DNA of 63,982 nucleotides, the filler included, from Dimargaris cristalligena (Eukaryota): assembly GCA_003614675.1 (NCBI GenBank). It is 5 parts of 5 records of this genome, joined end to end, with 100 filler letters (N's around TTAATTAATTAA, not from the genome) between each part and the next. Parts side by side here need not be neighbours in the genome. Positions count along the whole stretch, not along the records: positions 13,342 to 26,576 come from ML003000.1; positions 26,677 to 39,897 come from ML003001.1; 3 more parts are not named here. One strand, 5' to 3'. Under the pieces are notes generated by a model. That model was not told where the DNA came from. It searched no databases and saw only the letters and a program-made list of their open reading frames with translations. Below, in pieces: positions 24,970 to 38,778 of this stretch. Each line of letters starts with the position of its first letter. Positions within the stretch are counted from its first letter, which is position 1. The position numbers and the translations under genes are program-made.

Positions 24970-25417
24970 GACCCCAATTCTTTGTACCCCAAATACTCAA
25001 CCTACTGATCTAAGACTCTTCTGGTTCCCATGAGAGTCTTCCAGATATGAAGCCGTCTGGTTAGATTCCTTATCTACCTATACCTTAGTCTTAGTAGCAT
25101 TTTCCTTAGGACCTCCCTATGGAGCTGTCCCTATGTATATATAACTGGGCCCCACTGGGACCAGTTTAATTCTTTAGCTTATTATTTACCCCCTAGTTTA
25201 CCTCAATAAACTCTATATATACTCACCCTCCTTATACTAACTAGTAAATGTACTTACTGCATGTCCCTTGAATTTACCTGCACTTGTCCTTTATTGGTTA
25301 GTACTATACCCCCATCCTAATACTAGTAGCCTGCTTGGCTAAGTCTAAGCCCCACCTACCATTAAAAGCCTATCCTCAGGACTCTTGATGGACTAAGAGT
25401 GGTTAACCTGAGTGACA
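24832..25417 (+). mobile_element. Solo LTR, family A (TGTCA...TGACA)
   Basis: TG...CA ends with a 5-bp terminal inverted repeat, internal AATAAA, flanks ttagt/ctaat (possible degenerate 5-bp TSD). Homologous to 51201-51750. Confidence 0.8.
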
Positions 25418-26091
25418 CTAATAAAAGTAGGGATAATCAAAAATTATGCTACATCAAATAGATTATTGAAGAAACAGAGGTGGTATAGAGGAAAGTGGTC
25501 CTTCAATGGTAGAATTGCTACAGAATCTATGTTTAGGAGCATGATTTTTTAAAATTGAAATTTACAATGAGCAACTCCCCACACCCCCGTGGCCGATCCA
25601 AAAAAAAATCGTGCATTTAATTATGCAAAACTTCACTCGGGTATACATAAATATATGTGGCAATCGATTCTTTGCGCTCACCAACCAGGTACCCCCCAAA
25701 TCGTAGTCATTTTTCCAGCTCATTGTACCCCTCTCCCCAACCCCATTTTGAATCGGAGGCCCATTAAAAAACCATATTAATATTGGGTCGTGCAGCCAGG
25801 AATATGTAACGCTCTATGTATTGAATTGCCCATTGATAATGTCTAGCCAAGCGTAAAAAATTAAACGGATATAAAAATACAAATAATAGTTATGCAATTC
25901 AACAAGTGGGGAGGAGGGGGGGGGCGAGTGCACAGGAAGTTGGATAAAATCCGCCACTGTCCAGATAACAATTCGGCCATGAATGCTTATAGAAGAAGAA
26001 AAAAACGCAATTAAGCGGAGTTTAGTAATGCAATAACTTGATTACTCGGTTACATAAATGAAACAGAAAGGGGTATTTTAGTATGAATACA

Positions 26092-26570
26092 AGAATGAAT
26101 GGGGTTATATAATAAGTGATGACCTTATAGTACCAGGGATGACTATGGGAGGGTTAATATGGTACTATAAGATTTAATGAGGATGGATAATTATTAAGTC
26201 TGGATTAAGTCGGATTAGGAGGGCTGACAACTAATAAATATTGATTTGAAAATGATTTCCTTGAAATGTAAACTTCAATGGGTAGATGTCTGTTGTATTT
26301 TCTTTGCAAAATTCCAACATCATTTATATGGGTGAAATTCAGCTCAGTTGTATAAGGTTTCAACTGATAGGTGTATATGGGAAAATCGGTGGGATGTTTA
26401 CTTTCAACCAGCAGTATTTGCCTCATCAAAAGGATCTTTCATTATACAGCCTTATTGAACCACTCCCATATGCAAATTCAAGTACTATAAGAACACCAAT
26501 TGCTTTATAAAAGGGATACTAAATAAAAGCAATGGTAAATGAATTTGTTGGAAATATATTAGCAACAAAA
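26092..26570. repeat. Arm 2 of the inverted duplication, at the contig end
   Basis: Reverse complement of 24491-24969. Confidence 0.92.
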
Positions 26571-26576
26571 CAATAG

Positions 26577-26676
26577 NNNNNNNNNNNNNNNNNNNNNNNN
26601 NNNNNNNNNNNNNNNNNNNNTTAATTAATTAANNNNNNNNNNNNNNNNNNNNNNNNNNNNNNNNNNNNNNNNNNNN
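26577..26676. other. Artificial contig spacer
   Basis: N44-TTAATTAATTAA-N44. Confidence 0.97.
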
Positions 26677-26864
26677 AAGGGTATAAAATATAATAATAGA
26701 AAAAATAATATAATAATGAAAATGGAGGGAAAATGACCATACTCATCAGGGGCAGGGGCAGGGGCTCATTCACTTGTCAGGGGTGTACTTCCGATAAGTG
26801 TAAAAAATGGATTAAAAATAAAAGTAGGTAAAAAATGTGGTAAGTTTACCACAGTTAGTACAAG

Positions 26865-27264
26865 GGGGGGGGGTGAGCATATATAGAGTTTATTAAGGTA
26901 AACTGGGGGATATGAATAAGCTGCCAATTGAACCAGTCCCAGTAGGGCCTAGTTATATATATATGGGGATGGCTCCAGAGGGAGGTCCTAAAGGAAATAC
27001 TACTAAGACTAAGGTATGGATAAGTAAAGATTCTGACCAGATGGCTTTATATTGGGAAGACTCTCATGAGAATAGGAAGAGTCTTGGATCAGCAAGTTGA
27101 GTATTTGGGGTGCAAAGTATTGGGGTTAGAAGGAGTGGGGATATATAATAAATGATGACCCATAGTACCGGGGGTGACTATGGGAAGGTTAATAGAGCAC
27201 TATAAGGCCTAATAAGGATGGATAATTGTTAGGTTTGGATTAAGCTAGATTAGGAGGGCTGACA
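26865..27264 (-). mobile_element. Truncated solo LTR, family A (5' ~400 bp)
   Basis: Reverse complement starts tgtcagccctcctaatc at 27264 and aligns with 24832-25230. Confidence 0.75.
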
Positions 27265-29682
27265 GTCTGAAATAAGTATACTATCAAGTGGGTATTGTTA
27301 AAGATATATTATGCCATTAAGATGTAGAAAACTTGGGATGCTATACAGTAGTATTTTTTTATATAAAGGAGTTCCCTATTAGACCACTTAAGGCTGTAAC
27401 TGCTTGTTGTTTATTTGGTGGAGGGAATTCCATTGCAAGGGTCTGATAGGGTACTCTCATTGGTAGGGCCAAGTGGCCACTCGTGCTTCGGATGATTGAC
27501 TTTGCCCAACAGCAGCAATAAAACTATATCCTGATAACTATACTGCATTTAATGGGTCTACTTTGAACCCAGCAGCCACAGTATTTCCTATTGCATGGAG
27601 GACCCCCATTAAACAACTATGTCCTTTATTTATAAATGACCAATACTGACGTAAAGTTGGTTGTCATCTTTATGTAGTGCAAACTTGCTGCCTTTCATCA
27701 CAAATAGTTATTGTAAATTCAGTGAGAGCCCTAAGAGATCTGCCCAACTCCCAGATCTGTAGCTAATGAAAGTGTAGTGGTGGTGCACTAGGGATGTGCC
27801 ATCCTTCAAACCCAGCATCTTTCCTTATTTATAAGTAGAAGTGGACTGTGTGATGGCTTTTTAATCCCTTACTTGGAGTAGTGTATAAATATATGAGGAA
27901 TCAGTGTCGATCACATGGATCTATATGTATTGTTTCAGTACATCTTGTGCATCAGGTGGTGATATTAGGAGTAGTACAATGTTTGGTCCAGATTAATGCC
28001 CCACAGTTTGTTGGGGCTCTAACTGACAAGTGGCTAATAGTGAATGGTGCCCTTTGCTTAAGTAATCTATATGACCAACTTTTAGAGAGAATGGGAGGGG
28101 AATAGGTCAGTGGCAGATTTGTTATAGGGGAATGGTGAAGTCAGCCGAAACCCTTACTACTAGGGATTGACCAAGATGTCCCTGTAATAGACCAGGGCAA
28201 TCATCATTAGGGAACCAGACACACAATAAGCTACAGGGACTTATTACCCAGTATACCATATTAATGAATTGGGCATTTAGAATTCACAATTTCCCTTGAC
28301 AAACTATACTTAAGAGCCAACTTTTCCTCAAGGGCTGGGATTATAGTTGATTGGGGTCTTCCTAGTTTTAGTTCTATATACTGTCCCACTATTGTTTTTT
28401 TGTTAGAATAATGTGTCTCTTTATTATCACATACTACTCTAATTATACATTAGTTTAGTACAATTGGCTCTAGCCATACCATTATTACACTATAACTCGA
28501 ACATAACCACCTGGTTAATTAATTTATGACTCTCACACCATGGCCCAACAGCTCAGTCAGTGGCTAATTGCAGTGTTGGGTATTCAGCCAGTCCACTTTC
28601 ATTATAGTGCCGGAGATACTTCTATCCCATGCTCTTATACTATCCAATTCAATGCCCCCATGGCCAGTGGGGCCACTGGGGAAGATCAATTCAAGCAGTT
28701 CACCTGGCAAATGTGATGCAAGAATATGACCTTTGCGTCCACCCAAAACTATATAGATTTGGTCCATGGTGCTCACATTCAGGTCAACAATGCATACTCA
28801 ATGGTAGTGTAGCAACTGTCCAATGTGCACCCTATGGCCTTGGACCAAATCCCAGCCCAGTCCACATCAGTGCAGTCCCCTGGTCAGCTAAAGGATCCCC
28901 AAACACCCCTAGATAACTTATACCTATGTACCAATGGCATCCAATATGTACTACCTGGGATGTCCAGCCTATTGTTAGCAGCCTTCAGGATTTGTGAGGA
29001 GGCAGTAGCCTCCTTATCAACATGGCCTGAAGTTGTGGTGGCCAGCTCCCTGGTGGCAGAAGACAGGAGGTTCGCAGAGTGGGATGAGACTAGGGCAGAA
29101 TTGGATGTTGACATAGTGGGTTTTCAGAGGGGATGGGTGGTCAGTGGATTGGACAGAGATGGGGGGGGATATAATGAATGATGTGAAAGTTTTATTAAAA
29201 ATAAATATAAAAAATGGTGATATTTAATGATAAGAAATAATCAATAAAAAAATCGGGACTAAGTTCAAGGGATAGTGGAACTTGAGCTTCAAATAAAATG
29301 AGCAATGATTGATTTTCCAAACAAGTGGGAATTCACTGGTTACTTATGTAGCTATCCTGTGGGCCTTAGGGGCTGCTAGGTGCAAGAAAAAGGTCATAGA
29401 GAAAAGGTCGAGAAATAGAACAAGATGGAATGACAGGGAATCTGCCGAAAAATAGGTCAGACTTTTAGATGTAAGGGAAACATAGTGGGCTTTTTAATGC
29501 AAACCACAAGTATAAAGAAATGAATAATATTTTGTTAGCTTTTGGTGTGTGCCACAGTGTAGGCGGTATATATATATATATATATGTTTGTGGGTAAATG
29601 GCGGGAGTGATACCACCATTGCATGTCATGGCATATTCCGCCCTCTGACAATGAGGACTGGCTGTCCATAGTCCGGGGATAA

Positions 29683-31908
29683 GTGCTGACCTCTGGATGG
29701 CACTACAAATATAAGTCTGATGAGAAGAACATTTTCAGTCGGGGGGTGAAGACTGGCTTCATCAACAGTGGACTGGATTACCACCACCCGGCATTCGGCG
29801 GATGCTTCAAGAACTGTCCCAATGCCCGGGTGATCATGGGCTATGATTTTGTCGGTGATGCGTAAACTGGAACAAACACCCCCCAGCTGGATGACGACCC
29901 ATTGGATACCTGTAATGGCCATGGGACCCACGTCGCAGGCATCGCCGTGGCCAAGGATGAGCGTTTTTGGAGGGTAGCTCCCGAAGTGCTGATTGGGGTT
30001 TACTGTGTCCTGGGGTGCTCGAGAACTTCGTCGACAGCCGTCCTGATTGAGGCACTTCAAATGGCCTGCCGTGACGGGATGCACATTATTAACCTCTTGG
30101 TCGGCAGTCCCTCTGGTATCCCGACCACTATAATATATGAGCTGTCAACCCAAATCGCTCGGCATGGTGTGATGGTTATTTCCGGAGCGGGTAACGACGG
30201 GGATAAGGGACCTTTATTGACTAACGCGCCCGCCGTGGGGTTCAATGTGATAGCTGTGGGTAGTATGGACCAGGCTCGGTTTTGCTCCATTTCCATCACC
30301 ATTAACAGCATGGGTAACATTCAAATTCCGCGGTCGTACATCCAGCCCCACGATTTACCCCTCCAACTTACCAAAAAAAGGGTTGCCCTGACTAAGGACA
30401 CCCAGGGTGGCTGGTCGGTGTGTAATGCCATTACAGCCAACTTAGCCGGTAAAGTGGCTTTGGTGGTTCGGGGAGGGTGTGAGGTGGAACGCAAGGCCGT
30501 TAATGCGCAAGCGGCGGGGGCCATTGCCGTGATCCTGTATGACACGATTCAACAGCCAGTTTCTGGCCCGTTCATGGACAACCCCGACCGTCCCCCGATT
30601 GTTATGATCGAAAACCGGGATGGGCTTAAGTTGGTGGCTGCGCTTAAAGCCGGTCAGAAAGTGGTCATCTCCAGCGACAATGATTTACACAATCTAGAGA
30701 GAAACGTCCACGAAAGCGTGTCGCCCTTTTCTACCTGGGGCCCCGGTACCGATATGTCGTTCAAGCCCGATTTAGTCGCCCCCGGTCGCTACATTTTGTC
30801 CACTCTACCGCTAAACATGGGGGGCTATGGTATTTCCAGCGGCACCTCCATTTCCACCACCTTTGTATCGGGGACGTTTGCCCTTCTGCGGGAGTGCAAC
30901 TCCAAGCTAACCATCGACCAGTACAAAATGTTGCTACAGCCCAAGCTTTACCCGCCCACATCATGGGACACCAACTTCTTGTGCTCCCCACCCCAGCAGG
31001 GTCATGGGGCCCTCGATTTGACCAATGTCTTCAACACTCCGGATATTGACATTTCCTACAACCCCGGCATGATGGACAAAACTACTCTGGCCAACGGCCA
31101 GCAGTTTGCCCTGGTGATCCAGTTTAATATCACGTCGGACGTAGCGTACGAACAAAACTGGGGCTATTTTACGACCGAGGCAATCACCATGTTCAATACG
31201 GACGGCTCGTTGGCACCCGCACCCATCAAAAAGAACGACACTTTTACCATCAGGGATGCCAGCTATATGCTGGAGCAGCTCTCCCCTCACACCAACTACA
31301 CTCGTAGTATGCGGCTCGTCTCCGACGGTCCCTCGACAGGCTATTGGGTCTACGCCGGTTATTTGCTGTTTAACTTTGTTGGTCCCAATGGCGAAGCTTC
31401 TATCATGGTCCCCTTTTTGGGTATGAACGACATCTATTCCAGCACTCCCCTGCTGGCACCTCTGGTTACCGCCGGCTACCCCCAACTCTACAGCGGCTTA
31501 ACCAATGACCCTATTCCCGCAGGCGATTTGTCAACCACCAACTACCCTGTTTATAACCTGACCGAAGGGAATCTGCCCACATTCCGGTTTACCCTCCAGC
31601 TCAATACCAGCTTATTTGTTGATATGGTGGTAAGCTTGGATGGCTCAGACAGGAAACCCAAATACGTTGAATACGGCAGTAGTGCCTTCATCGTTCGCAA
31701 TTATAGTTCCCAAACCCCAACCTATGATTTTGCGTGGACCGGAAATACCGTGGACACCACCAGTAGCGGCACTGATATTCTGGGCCAAGCCCCCAACGGT
31801 CGGTACGAACTCGTGGCGTACTGGCAGAAAACGACTCGGACGACTAATACCCCTAATGAAGTCGACTTTACCTTTTGGCGCTCCCCATCATTTGAAATCA
31901 CTCGCTAG
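29683..31908 (+). pseudogene. Subtilisin (S8A) protease with PA domain, pseudogene
   Basis: GFINSGLDYHHPAFGG (Asn at the catalytic Asp position); GYDFVGDA-TAA(29863)-TG; NGHGTHVAG; PA domain GKVALVVRGGC; KPDLVAPG; SGTSIST. No recognisable signal peptide or prodomain upstream. Confidence 0.85.
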
Positions 31909-33133
31909 TGTACGCACAAATGTATTATCATAGGTTTCTCGTCAGTTTTGACTGATTACTGGTTCTGTGTACAATATGTTCCAGTAGTTTGGAATTTGAG
32001 TCCACCTGTATTTTGTATTTGCCTTCCAGATTACTGCTACCTCAATAAAGTCCTAATATTTACATGTTTCCATTACGGGGTCAGGTCGAGCGGTATGCAA
32101 TTAAGTGCGTATTACTTCCGCCTGGTGAGCCCTAGCGACCAATTGTGATGAATTCGCCACTACTGAGAGTTTGTTGATACTGTACCATCGGGGGTGTCCA
32201 GTACCGACCAGGCCACCACAGATACCTATTACACCCCAGTCTCCGACGCATCCTGAAGACACTCCAGGGATACTGACAGGACCAATCTGGCCGTGATAAC
32301 ACCACGTATATCACCAGGAAGCCCTGTTCTAACCTGCTAATATATTAACTATAGGAGTCGCAACATGAGGCAGTAAACCTAGTAGAGTGATCCAACTCCG
32401 CTGGACTGGGATTCTTGAGATACTCCAGTATAATAAGGACAGATGCTTAGCCCGTATTAATGCTAGATTGACTAAGACGCCCAGCATCGACCAAGCAGTG
32501 CGGAGGATTAGGCCTTCGACTGTGGTAGAGCTCCCCACTAATGAACAGCTTACCGACGAAGGAGGGCCCAGCGATGCTGCCAGTGCCAACCTTGGCCTAA
32601 CTGCGCCAACCCCGTTGCCCAGGGCCAATACCCTAGACCAATATACCGGAGTGCATAGCTCCATCTCTAGACCAGACTGCGGCGAAGGCTCTCGATACAG
32701 ACAATAGGAGCGGTCACTCGCACTCCTACTATGCTTGAGCCTTTAAATCCTCCAATATAAAAGGAAGGGCTGGCCGGGCACAATGATATTATTAAACATC
32801 AATATAAATAATATTCAATATACCAGGGCCTTATTGGAATGGGAACGCATTCCTCACAGTGTCTTAGAAGGAGCCATTCGCTAGTCCTTCAGTGTGTGTC
32901 AACGGTTGGGATTTACTCCCCGAATACTGCACCACTGCTTGACTTGGTTCAGCCCGTGAGCTTTCCTTTTCTACGCCCTTTACTGTAGCATTCCCCCCCC
33001 CCCACGTTTTCATTTCCATTTTCAGTTTCATATTCATGCGAAACCTACGCTGTTCTTAGTATTGCCTAGACAAGCCCATATTCTCCATCTCTGTCTCTCC
33101 TTTCCCGCCGCTTGAATTGAGCCACCGGTCCAC

Positions 33134-35996
33134 ATGCAGCCAGCCCGTTCAACTCCGGACACGGGAAGCCGGTCCGACGATCCAGCCAACCCCACCCCGC
33201 TCCACCCGGACTTCACCATTTTCCAGGAGCTAGCCCGCCAAAGCCTGACCAATGTACTCGATTCAGTGCGTGGCACTAAAGTCCTGGTGGTGGACCCCGC
33301 CTTGAGCCCATCACTGAGTCTCATTGCCGAGTTCTCGCTACTCAAAGAGCACGGCGTTGAGAAGGTGTACCATCTCCAGCCCGACCGAGTGGAAACCGAC
33401 TGCCGTAATATTCTCTATCTAAGTCGGCCCCAGGTGGAACACATGCAGTGGATCGCCAACCACATTCGCACCGCCGGTCAGGAGCGACCGGACCAGCCCC
33501 ACGAGTACAGCCTGTTTCTAACTCCGCGGCGTACCCTCGTGTGCGACCGCATTTTGGAAGAACAGGGCGTCTTGGGTGAGTTAGTGATGGGCGAATACCA
33601 CCTCGACCTGGTACCGCTGGAGCGCGACCTAGCCACTTTGGAACTGAACGATTGTTTCAAAACGCTCCTGGTAGACCAGGTACCCACCTCCCTATTCGCC
33701 ATGGGGCGAGCTCTCATGCGCTTGCAGGCTGTTTACGGATTTTTCCCGCGGATCGTCGGCAAGGGGGATGCGGCCAAACAACTCGCCGATATGCTGATCC
33801 GCATGCGCCGCGAGCTCTCCGTGGACGAACCGATTGCGGCGCAGAGCTCGACCATCTCCCAGACCATCGATACTTTGGTTATCCTAGATCGTTCGGTGGA
33901 CTTACTATCCCCCCTTTGCACGCAGTTGACGTACGAGGGCTTAATTGACGAGCGTTTCGCCATTCGCAATTCCCTTGTGGAAGTGGATGCCCACCTGGCC
34001 CGGCCGTCCAACCCTTCGAACCCACCCGCCGCCGCTACCGCCAGTGCAGCCGGAAGCAGCAGCAGTAACCAAGGCCCGGCGGCGTCGGCGGGGACGAATA
34101 AAAAGGCCAAGGTCAGCCTCAATAGTAAAGACGCCTTGTATGCCGAGCTCCGGGATCTAAACTTTTCAGTGGTGGGCGGCTGGCTTCACCGAGCGGCGAA
34201 ACGCATTAATGACGACTACCAGGTAAGGTCATATTTCCCTATAGGGCTTTTTTCATTAGGGACCGGACATCCAACCATTCGGTGCACCTCCATCCCTAAG
34301 CGGTAGTTGGGTATGTAGCTAATTTCATTTCTTGTAACTATAACATTTCCTCGTGGTGTTTCTTAGGGTCGGCACCAAGCGAAAACAGTGACCCAAATCC
34401 GCCAATTCATTGGCAAGCTTGGTAATATCCAGGCTGAGCACCAGTCCCTTCGACTTCGTAAGTATTGTCCAATCGGCATCTAACCACGACATCGGCCCCG
34501 CCATTCGTTTATACCAGCAATGGCACTACACATCTATTGCACCATGCGTCACCTGTCTATTCCCCACTCTTCTCACCAATATAGTTTATTGCGACTCATC
34601 CCCATTGCTTCGCTTAATCAGACACGTACCTGGCGGAAGAGATCTACAAATACACTCTTTCGGCCCAATTCAACCGCAATCTAGAGTTCGAGCAAACTCT
34701 TTTGAGTGGGGCCTCAATGTCAGCCAACTCGCCCTTTACGGATTACATTGAGGAGCTCATTGGCAATGAAGCCCCCCTTACTCAGGTTCTGCGATTGTTG
34801 TGCCTGCAATCCGTCACCTCCAATGGTATTAAGCGGAAGATGTACGATTTTTGGCGCCGGGAAATCATCCAGACCTACGGCTATGCCCATCTGGTAACCC
34901 TGGAGCGTCTGGCCCGATTGCGCCTCTTTTTTCCCAACGACAGCGGAGCTCGTAGCACCTATCCCGCCCTAAAAAAGGCCCTGCACTTGGTTGTGGACGA
35001 CGTGGACGAAGGGGAGCCCCACGATGCGGCGTTTGTCTACTCGGGGTTCGCTCCCCCAATGGTTCGACTTATCCAATGCGTAATTCGCGATCCGGTTCTA
35101 GCGGACCGTATCCGCCCGCCTACGGGGAAACGGTTCGGGGCCGTGGATGTGGTGGCTACGTGGAGCTCGCTTACCGCACCCATCGCTCACGCGCTGGCAG
35201 GATCAACTACCGTACCCGAATCGCCCCCCTCGACCGAAGCCTTCCCAGCCGACAAAGAGCGCCCAGCCTCACCCAGCCAGGGCCCAGGCCCCACCTCCTC
35301 TATTCCGGTGGTTAATACGACGGGGTGGAAGGGATACGAAGACGTGATCCATCTTTTACCGGGCCAGGCGTTTGACTGCGTGCAAACGGTCGAGGATGCT
35401 AACCCATATATTATACAAAGTAGGTTAACCGTATCCGGCTGGATGACTACGCCTGTTTTGCTGGCTAGCTGTATTATGTTATTACCAGTCCCTATTTTTG
35501 ATTGACACATTTTGGCGGACGCCAAATGTATTTATCGTTGGGACATTTACTCATTGCATTCTATTTGGGTACTTTGGTTTTTAATTTGTTTGTACCGGCG
35601 GACACCGTACCTGACAGACTGGCGACAGGCCAAAGACAAACCAACCACGGTCATTTTCTTTGTAGGTGGCTGTACGTTCGCTGAAATTGCCGCTATCCGA
35701 TTCCTAGCTCGTCACAGTAAGTTTTATTAGTTTTGTATATTTGCCGGTCAAAATAAGCAATGTGCCACATGCCATTCTCTTACAGAGATGCGGCCAAGAA
35801 GGGGATTTCGAAATGGCCCCCCTCTACCTTACCCGGTATGATTATTAGGCTACTTATAGCTAACCGCTAACCCCTGCGGTGACCTTTAACCACTTAATTG
35901 AATGTATAAACTCTAGATAATCGCCGATTTTTAATTGCGACCACCCATATCATAAATGGCAACTCACTACTTGAAAGTATCATGGAAAATGATTGA
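33134..35996 (+). CDS. VPS33: Vacuolar protein sorting Vps33 (Sec1/Munc18 family), 5 exons
   Basis: LDSVRGTKVLVVD...LLKEHGVEK; LVILDRSVDLLSPLCTQLTYEGLIDE; FFVGGCTFAEIAAIRFL; final exon FLIATTHIINGNSLL. GT-AG introns restore the frame. Confidence 0.93.
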
Positions 35997-36509
35997 TCCC
36001 GTGTCGGATTTTAATATACTGGGCCGTCCTGTGTGATGTTTTATTTATATATAAACCACCTTTCCAAATTTCTTAATTATTAGCACTTACCTAAAGTAGG
36101 ATTTTACTACTCGGAGTAGTGGTTGACGGATTATGCCAATGCCCGTAATATTGAAAAGGGTATAGTTGTTATTCGACTATTGTTCTGGGGAATAGCCCCA
36201 CCCTCCCTGATTTACTTTTGTATTCTAATCGACGATAATCAAACCCCTGCTCAATGCGAATTTAATAAATCATCGTAATTCGATTGTGCATCTCATTGGA
36301 TTATTTCCACCCTCTACACATTACACGGTTACTCTAGTCCGCTAAGGTTTTTTATTAATACGTTGCAGGTGCAGTGGTGAAGATTTTCTAAATAATAGGA
36401 CGCGGTGGAATGTATTAATATATATGTATATATATATATATATGCCAAACACCTAAAAACCAATCAAGCGGGTCAGTAATTAAGGCGTCGAGACGAGTCA
36501 GTTTGCCTG

Positions 36510-38099
36510 CTAATCAAAAATAATTTTAGTGGCCTTAGCCTTATGATCAATTTCTTTGTAGAAGTTGCCATAGGCACCGTGCTCCTTCCTCTTCACAGTG
36601 GTACCGAACTTGAGCAGCTCGGGTTGTATGGGCACGCCAGCGGCCTTGAGCACATTGATGAGTTCGCCCGAGTGGGACCGTTCTTCGGCAGTGAAGAAAG
36701 TGTGGGCGGTACCGGTCTGGCCGCCACGCCCGGTTCGACCGATACGGTGGATGTAGTCGTCGATGCGCAGCGGGAAGGTGTAGTTGATGACGTATTCCAC
36801 CATGGGGATATCCAGTCCACGGGCGGCCACATCGGTGGCGACCAGTAGGGGGCAACTGCCATCAGTGAATTTATTGAGGGCTTTTTGCCGTTGATTCTGG
36901 GCCTTGTTGCCATGGATCGAGCCAACGTTCCACCCCTTGTCACCCAAGAACTTCTCTAACCAGGTCGCCTCATTCTTGTAGAGCACGAAAATGAGCACCC
37001 GGTTGGTGCGCATCTTGTGGTACTTATTGAGCAATTCCAGTAAGCGCCGCGATTTGCCCTGGGGGTCCAGTACTTCCACCACCTGAGTGACGTTTTTGTT
37101 GACGGTGAGGTCTTCGGAACCCACGGTCACGCGTACGGGATCGCGCAGGAAGTCGCTGGCCAGTTTGCGTACGGATTCGGGCCAGGTGGCGCTGAACATG
37201 ACGGTTTGCCGGGCCGGGGTCTTGATCATTCGGATAATCTCCCGAATGGGCTGTTCGAACCCGTTGTCCAACATACGGTCCGCTTCATCCAGAACCAGGT
37301 ACGACACGTCGGTCAAGTCCAGGTGTTCATCGTGAATCAGATCCAACAGACGGCCCGGGGTGGCCACTAGAATCTGGGGCCGGTTCTTCTTGGCCATTTC
37401 GATTTGCTGCCACCGTTTCTCCCCGCCGTAGACGCAGAGTACGTTGGTCGACTGGGCGGGGCTCAGGATACCCTTGAACTGTTCCTCGATTTGCAGGGCC
37501 AGCTCGCGGGTAGGAGTCAGGACGAGCATGACCGGGCCCCGGGACTGTTGGTTGGCCTTGGTTCGGGCTTGGATGTGGGCGATCCCGGGAATACCAAACG
37601 CGATGGTCTTGCCCGACCCGGTCTGGGCGATACCAATGATGTCACGCCGGGCGTGGATGACGGGCCAGCAAGCGGCCTGGATGGGCGAGGGGGCCTTGAA
37701 ATTGCCGCAGACCTTCATCAGAGAGGTGGGAAAAGGGGCCTGGGCAAATGAGAGGCAGGGCGGGAAGGCCGTATCATCCTCGGCGTCGACATGGATGTCG
37801 TGTTCCTTGTAGTAGGCCTGGGCCTCTTCCGAAGTAGCGGCCGGGGCCGTAGCGGAGGAGCTTGGGGAATCGTCCTGGCGGTCAACCTTGGGCTTCTTGG
37901 CGGGGCGGTCTTCGTCGCTTGAGTCGCGCTTGGCGTTGCGGTCCGAGTCCTTCTTCGCCTCCTTGTTGTCCTTCTTCTTCTTCTTCAGGTCGCGGTGGAG
38001 GCTCTTCTTTTTCGCTTTAAGCTCGGCCTTCTCGTCTCTCCTCTTGGACTTCTGGTCCTTCTTGCTAAGGCCTTCGCCCGATGTGTTGGAATGGGTCAT
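36510..38099 (-). CDS. DBP3: DEAD-box RNA helicase Dbp3
   Basis: Lys-rich N-terminus; AQTGSGKT, PTRELA, DEAD, SAT, HRIGRTGR; Dbp3-type C-terminus LLKFGTTVKRKEHGAYGNFYK. Confidence 0.93.
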   Translation of the reverse strand: MTHSNTSGEGLSKKDQKSKRRDEKAELKAKKKSLHRDLKKKKKDNKEAKKDSDRNAKRDSSDEDRPAKKPKVDRQDDSPSSSATAPAATSEEAQAYYKEHDIHVDAEDDTAFPPCLSFAQAPFPTSLMKVCGNFKAPSPIQAACWPVIHARRDIIGIAQTGSGKTIAFGIPGIAHIQARTKANQQSRGPVMLVLTPTRELALQIEEQFKGILSPAQSTNVLCVYGGEKRWQQIEMAKKNRPQILVATPGRLLDLIHDEHLDLTDVSYLVLDEADRMLDNGFEQPIREIIRMIKTPARQTVMFSATWPESVRKLASDFLRDPVRVTVGSEDLTVNKNVTQVVEVLDPQGKSRRLLELLNKYHKMRTNRVLIFVLYKNEATWLEKFLGDKGWNVGSIHGNKAQNQRQKALNKFTDGSCPLLVATDVAARGLDIPMVEYVINYTFPLRIDDYIHRIGRTGRGGQTGTAHTFFTAEERSHSGELINVLKAAGVPIQPELLKFGTTVKRKEHGAYGNFYKEIDHKAKATKIIFD

Positions 38100-38778
38100 G
38101 GTAGGTGGGTAGATAGACACGAAGAGGCTACTAGAGGGGGACTCGGCTATGATTGACGTCGGCTTGAATAAGAAAGAATGCGGGAGGGAATGAGACACAA
38201 GGTTCACGTTGGCAGCTAACAATGCAGAAAACTCTAACCCTCTAAACCCGACAGTTGCTTATAATATTGACTCGTCAAAAAAAAAAGTCGGTACAAGCCT
38301 AAAAAAACATTATTACATGTGTATATAAAAATAAAAAAAAGAAATAGAGAGGACTCAAAGTGCTTAGAGCTGGCACACTAGTCTAGCCAGTAGTAGTGTA
38401 CACATATTGGGCAGGATGGGAAAATAAAAAGTCCCAAGGAAAGGCGAAACTAAGGTGGGACACGGTGATTAAGCACTGTAGTAGTGAAAATTATTATACC
38501 CAAACGAAGGAATGGGAAGGCTCTCTCTTCGCTTGGACACTGCACTTTAGTCGATAATTAGCCCGTAGCCTCCGGTTAAGGAGACCAACCGCCCGTCGTT
38601 ACAGTTCCGCTGTCCCCCGATGCTTATTTCGTTCCAAATACTCGATTCTTCTCAACCGATCCCCCCATTTCCTGGGCTCAATAACCGAGACCGCACTTTC
38701 TCGTTCGGCCAGTAGCTGATCTCAACATACCTTACCGGTTCCTCACTTCCCGCCCAAATTCAACCTCATTCAAGCACT

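Noticed and set aside
24551..26510. Duplicated 74-aa ORF pairs
   Set aside because: Chance ORFs crossing MITE/LTR sequence within the inverted duplication.
27300..29200. CpG-depleted region with ORF fragments, probably an old TE
   Set aside because: No diagnostic motif; family cannot be named.
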